From Promethearchaeota archaeon (GTDB lineage: Archaea; Asgardarchaeota; Lokiarchaeia; Sigyniarchaeales; SOKP01): DNA of 17,331 nt. How positions within the stretch are numbered: position 1 is the first letter of the stretch; each line of letters begins with the position of its first letter. Of the stretch, positions 8,069 to 15,696 are shown one piece after another. The stretch is taken from contig JAHLWH010000082.1 in assembly GCA_019058015.1 (NCBI GenBank), positions 1-17,331 of the forward strand. Direction: 5' to 3'. The notes below the pieces were generated by a model that had not been told where the DNA came from, made no database searches, and saw only the letters and a list, made by a program, of their open reading frames with translations. The position numbers and the translations under genes were made by a program.

Positions 8069-9141
8069 TTATTCTATTGCTGAAGTATCTCCCTCTTGGA
8101 GTATAACTCTAATTTTTTCAGCCTCTTTGAGAAATTCATTTCCTAAACTATCATCACCCAATTCAAAGCATAAATCTGCTATTTTTTCACAATATTCTAA
8201 AGCTTCTTCAAACCTTGAGTTAGCAAGTGCTGATTCTGCCTTTTCTAACATAGTATCTCTTTCAAATAATGGTCTTAATAAAGGACTTACATCTCCACTT
8301 ATTTCTAAGATATCTGCAATTATATTAATCATTTTTTCTCTATTACTTGGATCAATAGCAACCATCTTGTAAGTTTTTGTACCTTAAATTTTTTCAATTT
8401 CTATAACGGGAAGTGCTCCTGGTAAATCTAGCTTATTACCAATTATAGCCGCATGAGTATTTGGTGCCTCATCTTTAATTAAATCTAAAAAAAATCTACT
8501 TTTTTCAACATTTTCTAGAGTAGAATCCGTAATTATGAGCACCCCATCACTTCCTCTAATAAATTTATTCCATAAAAAGCTGAATTGCTCTTGACCGGCA
8601 AAATCCCACAGTAAAAACTGCAATTTCCCGATTTTAATTGTCGATACCTCTCCAGAGATAGTAGGAACATGTTCCGTTGGGATTTCTTCCGCTCTAATTA
8701 ACCTTGTAGTTGTAGTCTTTCCGACACCAGAAAATCCGACTAGTGAGATTTTTGGTTTTAAATTACGGTGTATTGCATCTAATGTTGGGTCAAATAAATC
8801 AAAAGTATTAGTATCAAATTTACCATCTGCTAATATATCAGAGAAAAAAGTAAGAAATTCTTCTTTACATTTCAATATCTGGTTTCCAAGTTTTCACAAG
8901 ATAGGGATAAACTGCTTAAATAGATAACTATCAAACCTAATTCTTTAGATGTTGTATAAACTACTCTTGATTTATAATAATCGAAATAATTAGTTTTATC
9001 GGTAGGTCCCTTAAAAGCATCTTTAGATATTTGGTCTAACAAACTTTGAAAGAGTTCTTTAGTAACTGCTTTTCCAAAATTGCGAAAATATAATAAATTA
9101 TTGTCTTTATAGATATAAACTTGTCTTAAAATTAAAAACAC
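8069..9141 (-). pseudogene. Interrupted longin-like domain + Arf/Rab-like small GTPase + C-terminal helical domain (about 355 aa if repaired)
   Basis: Three ORFs join into one gene: a 1-nt frameshift within 8875-8893 and an in-frame TAA at 8384-8386 (EKI*GTKTYKMVAID, same frame). G1 GFSGVGKT, G2 PT, G3 WDFAGQE, G4 NKLD; the G5 region lies after the stop. The longin-like call rests on the beta-beta-alpha-beta-beta-beta-alpha pattern. Confidence 0.8.
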
Positions 9142-9524
9142 CCTATTGAGATTAATAAGTATTTAATGCAAGTTTTTACTTTCTTTATCTCATAATGAAA
9201 AATTTGAAATTTAAATTTATTTACAAAGTATTTTTCTATCAAATAAATTTGTAGATATAGGACTGAGAGTAATGAAAATACTTTTTAGAGATTATTTTTA
9301 TTTATTATGAGAAATATTTATATTAAAATTCAAGATTATGACCAGTAAAAGAAAATTTCTATTCCAGGGTGTTATTAGATGATATTCAAGATGCTTTTAA
9401 TTTCTTTTTTGATGACCATTATAATGCAGCTAACATGAAATATAGAAAAAAAATAGTCCTAGAAGATTTTGAAAAAGTTAATAAAGGAAAAAAATAAAAA
9501 AAATTGTAAAATGTATAACATTTT

Positions 9525-10469
9525 TCACATCTTAATTAATTGTCCAATAGCATCCATTAAAGTTTCTTTTTTAGGAGCCCCTTTCAGTAATTCCGATTTA
9601 ACTCTGTCAGCTAATTCTTGAGGTGTAAATTTCTTTCCATTATTGCTGATACTATTGTAAGTGTGCCATCCTTGAAAGACCCATACTCGATCTGCCACCA
9701 CTCGAAATACTTCACCGTTTATTCTTTTAGCATCATCAGAAGCTAAAAAGACAACCATTGGAGCTATATTGACTGGATTAAACACATCAAAGCCACTTTC
9801 ATCAAATTTATTCATGACTTCAACCATTTGGGGAGTTGCATCAGTTGTAAGTCTTGTTCTCGCTACCGGAACAATGCAATTAACTGTCGCATATTTCTTT
9901 AACTCCATCGCGGCAATAACCGTAAATGCTGCGATTCCTGCTTTTGCAGCGCCGTAATTCGTTTGCCCCATATTTCCTAATAAACCTGCATCAGAAGCGG
10001 TGTTGATAACCCTTCCAAAGTTTTTTAATGATGGGTCCGCTTTACATCGTTGCCTAAAGTAATTAACAGCATGGCGAGTCATATTAAAGGTCCCTTTCAA
10101 ATGAACAGCTATTATATCATCAAATTCTGCTTCACTCATGTTAAAAAGCATACGATCACGGAGGATTCCTGCGTTGTTTACCAAGATATCTAGTTTTCCA
10201 AATTCTGATATCGCTTGATCAATCATTCCCTTGGCTTTATCAAAATCTGTTACTGTATCGTAATTACCAACGGCTTTTACACCCAACTTTATACACTCTT
10301 CAGCAACCTCGTCAGCGATTTTTTTTTCAGAACCAGATCCGTCAAACGCTGCTCCTAAGTCATTAATTACTAGGTTGCAACCTTCTTTTGCCATGGCTAA
10401 GGCTTCTTCACGACCTAAACCTCTTCCAGCACCAGTTATAATTGCAACCTTTCCATCTAACAATCCCAT
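9525..10469 (-). CDS. Short-chain dehydrogenase/reductase, MFE-2/HSD17B4-like hydroxyacyl-CoA dehydrogenase
   Basis: TGAGRGLG, 'VINDLG..FDGSG' insertion, NNAGILRD, VHLKG, GNMGQTNYGAAK (YxxxK). Confidence 0.92.
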   Translation of the reverse strand: MGLLDGKVAIITGAGRGLGREEALAMAKEGCNLVINDLGAAFDGSGSEKKIADEVAEECIKLGVKAVGNYDTVTDFDKAKGMIDQAISEFGKLDILVNNAGILRDRMLFNMSEAEFDDIIAVHLKGTFNMTRHAVNYFRQRCKADPSLKNFGRVINTASDAGLLGNMGQTNYGAAKAGIAAFTVIAAMELKKYATVNCIVPVARTRLTTDATPQMVEVMNKFDESGFDVFNPVNIAPMVVFLASDDAKRINGEVFRVVADRVWVFQGWHTYNSISNNGKKFTPQELADRVKSELLKGAPKKETLMDAIGQLIKM

Positions 10470-10603
10470 ATTTCGATATCCCTCTTATTATGTATTTTAA
10501 AACTCTTTTTTGTTATATTTAAAAAATTTGATGGAACTTATTTATTTCTTATCAAATGATTTAATATTTTTTAAAAATAGAATAAAACAAACAAATTCTA
10601 AAT

Positions 10604-11329
10604 TTATAATATCTCCTTATTTACTTTTTTAATTCCAAAAATCAATTCCTTATTTTTATCTAAATAATTATGACCAAAACCTTTAATCTTTCTAAGTGGT
10701 CCCTCAATTCCCTTTGGATTTCCGGTTTTGGTATATATAGTAAATGAGTGTTTAATTGCTTTGAGAACTTTATAAGGAGTTTTAAAATGATCAATCAATT
10801 GGACTGCTTTTTTTGGACCAGTATCATAAAGTCCTTCAATGATAAAAGACATTCTTTCTTCAATAGATAAACCTTTAGGCGCTTTTCGAGAAATTATTGG
10901 TGCTTTATCTTTTATTTGTTCTCTTATTGCAATTCTTTCAATCACGATTGCAGTATCATTAATATTTCTGGTAGGGATCACACTGATTCCTAATTTATAT
11001 GAAACATATGCTAATGCTCCATAAATTGAACTTATTTTCATTCCGGTATTATCAAAGACCTCGTCATTTAAGCCTTCAATTATAAGAATTGGTGTGGAAT
11101 ATGTATCTTTTAACCTTAAAAGTTGCTCAAACAAGCGATTATCCATAATCGATGTTACAAAATCAAAACCAGTCTTACGTTCTATGGCAATTTCATTAGT
11201 GATAATAATATCTGCAACATCTAATTGCTTAGTTTGCAGTAATATTTGATCCTTCTTTTTGGAAAATATATCTATCAATTTCCTTTCGCGATTATCCAAA
11301 ATAATTTGGAGGAGATTATTTGAAGCCAC
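10604..11329 (-). CDS. xpf: ERCC4-domain structure-specific endonuclease (short XPF/Mus81 type, nuclease + HhH2)
   Basis: 'IILDNRE', 'LDVADII', 'IERKTGFDF..SI.D.RLFEQ', 'LIIEG' and HhH-like 'GLYDTGPKKA' and 'IKGFG'. Start moved to GTG 11329, behind SD AAGGTG. Confidence 0.88.
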   Translation of the reverse strand: MASNNLLQIILDNRERKLIDIFSKKKDQILLQTKQLDVADIIITNEIAIERKTGFDFVTSIMDNRLFEQLLRLKDTYSTPILIIEGLNDEVFDNTGMKISSIYGALAYVSYKLGISVIPTRNINDTAIVIERIAIREQIKDKAPIISRKAPKGLSIEERMSFIIEGLYDTGPKKAVQLIDHFKTPYKVLKAIKHSFTIYTKTGNPKGIEGPLRKIKGFGHNYLDKNKELIFGIKKVNKEIL

Positions 11330-11398
11330 TTTAATACACCTTGAAAAAATAAATGATTTTAGATTTAAATAAGCAATGACTGACAAAATTTTTTTATT

Positions 11399-12217
11399 CT
11401 ATTCAATGGACTCTTTAAATTCCACTCGCTCTCCCGTATCGACAATTCTTCTAACTCTTTGCACATTTACTTTACGCATTTCTGTATTATTTTTAAATTT
11501 TCGAGCAGGTTGGCCAATATAAGTCCAATCTTTTTCTAACCTTTGTCCTATATTAGTCATTGCCCAAACACCAAGAACAGAACCCTTTTCCATAACAGTT
11601 CCGGGAGAAACAACAGCATAACCTCCAATTATGCAATGATCTCCAATTATAACCTTTTTAAGAAGCATATAATCTCCAATAACAATACTAGAAAGAATTA
11701 TAGCACCCTGTCCAACCATAATATTTTTTCCAAATTCTACAAACTCATAATCTACCCATCCATCAAATAAAGTTGATTTAAAATCAGCCTTCATTCCACA
11801 AATTTTAAACGCGAGGTTTGTGATCCATGGGACCGGGAAAGAATTCCATATATAAAAAATAAATTTTTTAATAGTTGCACGAAAGCAATAGTAAGAATAA
11901 TCTTTATCTTTAAGACTAATTTTAAAGATTCCTTCTCTTGGTTTATGGATTAAATTTAAAATAATTAATAGACATTTACCTACTCCTAAAGTTATAAGCA
12001 AAAAGCAAAAATACCAAGCCAAAATATCGATCGGCAACCTAATAATCATAAAATTTAGAATTGTATTTTTCAACACATTACCATAAAATGTAAAAAAAAG
12101 ATATGTAGTAGGAGAAAGGGATATAAAAATCAAAAAAACATAAATTATACTAAATCTTTTCGCGATCGGAGGGCTTGTTGTAACAGGAACCTCGTCAGAA
12201 TTGTGATTAATCTCCAA
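11399..12217 (-). CDS. Membrane-anchored left-handed beta-helix (acyltransferase-like) protein, one TM-TM-LbH unit
   Basis: Two N-terminal hydrophobic helices, 'HKPREGIF', hexapeptide repeats (FGKNIMVGQGAII; IGDHCIIGGYAVVSPG), ending 'YIGQPAR'. TTG start behind GGAGGT, overlapping the upstream gene by 11 nt. Confidence 0.85.
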   Translation of the reverse strand: MEINHNSDEVPVTTSPPIAKRFSIIYVFLIFISLSPTTYLFFTFYGNVLKNTILNFMIIRLPIDILAWYFCFLLITLGVGKCLLIILNLIHKPREGIFKISLKDKDYSYYCFRATIKKFIFYIWNSFPVPWITNLAFKICGMKADFKSTLFDGWVDYEFVEFGKNIMVGQGAIILSSIVIGDYMLLKKVIIGDHCIIGGYAVVSPGTVMEKGSVLGVWAMTNIGQRLEKDWTYIGQPARKFKNNTEMRKVNVQRVRRIVDTGERVEFKESIE

Positions 12218-13883
12218 TATCTATACCTCCTAAATATTTTTTTAATTCTTCTTTAGAAATTCTCCTTAATGGAAAACCAGCATAAAAACCATTATCTCCC
12301 AATTTATCTAATTTTACAGTAGCACACATCGGTAATAAAGTGGATTTTTCACCAACTTCCGTTCCTGGGAAACCTCCACAGTAAGCTGATAATACAGAAT
12401 TATTACCAACTTTAACTCCAAAAAATGTTATATTTTCCTCTCCAAAGAAACCATCAACCAGATGATTGGTTAGATAACAAAATTGACCAAAATAACAATT
12501 TTCTCCAGTATTTAAAAATTCCTTAGTAATAAATTGGTCTTCGAATGTTGTTCTTTTTCCTATTTTATTAGCGCCTATAAAATTTAACACCCAATTAGTT
12601 AGCCAAGGAAATGGACTTTTTGAAAATGCTAATACTGGATATTTTAATAAGAAGGAACGGTGATGATAGAAATTTAATTCTTTTGATCCAAAATTCCTAT
12701 CTAATACTCCTTGTCTTGATGGAGAAAGTTTTTCACTCCACCGATATAACAATTTTGTGAATAATGCCACAAAAAATAGATGCAATAAATACAAGCCCAT
12801 GAGGACAAGTGGCGTAATAAATAATAAAAATTGTGAGAATAAATTTGTAAAATTAACCCACCCGAAAGGAGTGCTAAAAAGATAAGGTATCAAAACTTCA
12901 TATAGAAAGAAAAAAAATGGAATTGCAGGAATTAAAAATGACCCGCCTACATTTAAAATAATTACTGGAATGTAAATATGGAATTGAACTCTTATATGGT
13001 GTTGATTTTCTTTCTTTAAATTATTGGTTTGTTGCTGAACATCTGATTTATCATAAATTAAAGTTTCTGCATGGACATTTTGATATATATCTTTACTATC
13101 GCTTTTTTCAAATAATATTGCCTTAAGATTATCAATTTTTTCATTAACAGTATAATCCCCAATTTTTATTGCTGGAGTTCCTTTATACACACAGCCAGCC
13201 TCTAAGACTTGATTTATATGGGTTGAAGATACCGCATTTAAAATAGCACCCTTTCTAAATTTTGTTCCGGGCGCAACTAAAGAATGAGCACCAATTATTG
13301 AATCATCTTCAATGATTGTTTTTTGAATAATCAAATAATTATCAATGATAATTGCCCCCATTACGACACTTCCTACACCAACAATCACATTTTTCCCAAA
13401 TTCAATGAATTCGCAATCGATCCATCCTTCAAACATGTAATTATTGAAATTTGTTTTCACGCCAAACACTTTAAATAAAATATTATCTAAATATGGCATA
13501 GGAAAGTTATGAGTTATCCATACAGGCCATTTTTTTATAAGCGCTCTTATACTCCAATAAATATAATCTTTATTATCTTTACTTCTCTTAAATACACCTT
13601 CTTTTGGCTTGTGAATTAAATTAACAACGATTAGAAATATTTTTGCTATAAATATTGATGAGAAAATTATAATTAAATAGCAAAATAAGAGTTCTAACGG
13701 AAAGAGAAGATAAAAAATTATAGTTATGGGATTTGTAAAATTAGATAGAAAAATCCAAAAACTAATTAAAGCTGGGTAAAAGCTTAGAGTTATAATACTT
13801 AAATAAATTAATATCAATCTTTTCTTATATGGTAAAGTATTTGTAGTAAATGGTCCAACTCTTAGTGAAGCCGGGATTGAGAT
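12207..13883 (-). CDS. Membrane-anchored left-handed beta-helix protein, two TM-TM-LbH units (probable ATC start 13883; TTG 13817 alternative)
   Basis: Internal duplication: TMs-'HKPKEGVF'-LbH-'YKGTPA', then TMs-'PSRQGVL'-'GANKIG' LbH-'YAGFPLR'. Unit 1 is clearly paralogous to the downstream gene. Confidence 0.85.
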   Translation of the reverse strand: MSIPASLRVGPFTTNTLPYKKRLILIYLSIITLSFYPALISFWIFLSNFTNPITIIFYLLFPLELLFCYLIIIFSSIFIAKIFLIVVNLIHKPKEGVFKRSKDNKDYIYWSIRALIKKWPVWITHNFPMPYLDNILFKVFGVKTNFNNYMFEGWIDCEFIEFGKNVIVGVGSVVMGAIIIDNYLIIQKTIIEDDSIIGAHSLVAPGTKFRKGAILNAVSSTHINQVLEAGCVYKGTPAIKIGDYTVNEKIDNLKAILFEKSDSKDIYQNVHAETLIYDKSDVQQQTNNLKKENQHHIRVQFHIYIPVIILNVGGSFLIPAIPFFFFLYEVLIPYLFSTPFGWVNFTNLFSQFLLFITPLVLMGLYLLHLFFVALFTKLLYRWSEKLSPSRQGVLDRNFGSKELNFYHHRSFLLKYPVLAFSKSPFPWLTNWVLNFIGANKIGKRTTFEDQFITKEFLNTGENCYFGQFCYLTNHLVDGFFGEENITFFGVKVGNNSVLSAYCGGFPGTEVGEKSTLLPMCATVKLDKLGDNGFYAGFPLRRISKEELKKYLGGIDIGD

Positions 13884-14014
13884 TTATTTCTCACTTCTTC
13901 TTATTTGCTAAATAATTGGAAAAAATATATAATCATTATAATATGTTTAAAATTTATTAATCTTCCTTAAATTGATAATTGAATTGAAAAAAACGCATAA
14001 ATAATTAGAAATTA

Positions 14015-15559
14015 TCAAAGATCTATGCAATTAAAGCATAAATCCATAGAATGAACGATTAAAGGAAAATCCTTTATATCACAATTAGGTAAAATAAAAT
14101 TTTTTAAAGCAAAAAAATTATTCATAGAGGGTGTTTGTATAGATACACTTCCTAAATTATTTTTTCCTGGAAGATCTGAAGTCTTTACGATATAAACCAA
14201 TTCTCCTTGAGGGGCTTCTACAACAGAAATTCCAATTTTATCAGCAATCAATTTGATATTTGCAAAATCAAGAACCTCAATTTTGGTAGTATCATTTTTA
14301 AGATAATCTATAGCCCCTTTAATAATAGAAACAGAATTTTTTAATTCCCATAATCTAACCTGAATGCGAGAATAAGCATCTCCTCCATTAAATGTTACAA
14401 CTTCCCATTTATCGATTATATCTTCATCTAGATAGGAATTATATGGAGAAAAATAGCGAACATCGTAGATATGGCCTGATGCTCGAACATTTGGACCAGT
14501 TATTCCTGATTCTAGAACATTCTCTTCTAATAATGTACTTAAACCCTTAAACTGTTTTTTAAGTGTAGAATTATAGATGCTATTATATATATTTTTAAAT
14601 GACGATGAGTAAATTTCCTCGACAGTTTCTCGCAAATCCTCTAATGAATACCAGAGTATATCTTTCACATATCCTATATAATTTAACTCTTCAAAATACC
14701 TTATGCCTAATTCTTTTTCTAAAAAATTAAGAAAATACAGAACTTTCTTAAGAAGAGTATGATATTCCTTAAAAGAATAAGTTAAATACATTAAATTTAC
14801 AAACCAAAATATGTGATTTGTTATTCTCTCCAACTCACAATAAATGGTTCGAATCATTTTAACTCGATTTGACACCGAAATATTAATAATCGATTCCATT
14901 GCTAAAGAATAAGCTAAACTATGATGGAATGAACTAGTTGAGCATATTTTTTCTACAAGTGCTAGATTTTCTTTACCCCAATTCTTATATTTCAACAATG
15001 GGATAATTCCTCTATACAGCCAACCTGTTTTAAAATTTACAGACTTTATAATATTTTTTTCTAAATTACAGTGAAAATAGTTATTAATATGGTGAATTCT
15101 ATTAAAAACACCTTGAGCAAGAATATTCTTTGCAGAATGTGCTGGGAATAATTTAACTGGAAGATTATACAAGCTCTCTTCAAGTTCTTCCTTAAAATAT
15201 AAAAATTTAATCCCATATCTTTTAGATATTTCATCTTCATAACTTTCAACTTGAGGATAAGCAACCCTTACTGAATCAATTTCGTTGGAATCTTTATCCA
15301 CTTCAGTAATTACAAATAAATATTGATTATCTGGAATGTATTCGTTAAAATATTCATAAATTACTTCATAATTACTTTTAAAATCATTGATTAGTATGTT
15401 TTTTAAATTAACTGACTTTTCACTAAAAAAAAAGGCGATATCTCTTACCCTTGATTTATTTATGTAAAATATATTAGCAAAACCACGAGTAGGGGTGTCT
15501 TTTAATTCTGTCCCAAAATAATTTTTAAATTCGCGTACTAAACCAGTGTATATCTGCAT
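14015..15559 (-). CDS. Degenerate group-4 [NiFe]-hydrogenase large subunit / NuoC-NuoD (HycE-like) fusion homologue
   Basis: N-terminal NuoC-like part ('YEDEISKRYGIKF'), then 'IRTIYCELERITNH', 'GITGPNVRASG..YDVR...PY', 'GDAYSRIQVR', 'VEAPQGEL', 'TPS' and terminal 'DLCFNCIDL'. Confidence 0.85.
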   Translation of the reverse strand: MQIYTGLVREFKNYFGTELKDTPTRGFANIFYINKSRVRDIAFFFSEKSVNLKNILINDFKSNYEVIYEYFNEYIPDNQYLFVITEVDKDSNEIDSVRVAYPQVESYEDEISKRYGIKFLYFKEELEESLYNLPVKLFPAHSAKNILAQGVFNRIHHINNYFHCNLEKNIIKSVNFKTGWLYRGIIPLLKYKNWGKENLALVEKICSTSSFHHSLAYSLAMESIINISVSNRVKMIRTIYCELERITNHIFWFVNLMYLTYSFKEYHTLLKKVLYFLNFLEKELGIRYFEELNYIGYVKDILWYSLEDLRETVEEIYSSSFKNIYNSIYNSTLKKQFKGLSTLLEENVLESGITGPNVRASGHIYDVRYFSPYNSYLDEDIIDKWEVVTFNGGDAYSRIQVRLWELKNSVSIIKGAIDYLKNDTTKIEVLDFANIKLIADKIGISVVEAPQGELVYIVKTSDLPGKNNLGSVSIQTPSMNNFFALKNFILPNCDIKDFPLIVHSMDLCFNCIDL

Positions 15560-15696
15560 TTATTTTCTCTAATAGTTATTAGTTTTTTCTTTATTTAAAT
15601 TATTTTAAATATTGTAATATCTTAAAAAATTATAAGAACTCTTTTTAGATTTAATTTAAAATCAAAAATATAAATTGAGATTATTAAAGTATCAAT

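Noticed and set aside
8384-8386. Selenocysteine, pyrrolysine or alternative-code readthrough in the GTPase
   Set aside because: The codon is TAA, not TGA or TAG, and TAA terminates most other genes in the window.
14012-14017. TGA at the end of the hydrogenase-like gene as selenocysteine
   Set aside because: It is immediately followed by TAA and is not at a metal-ligand position.
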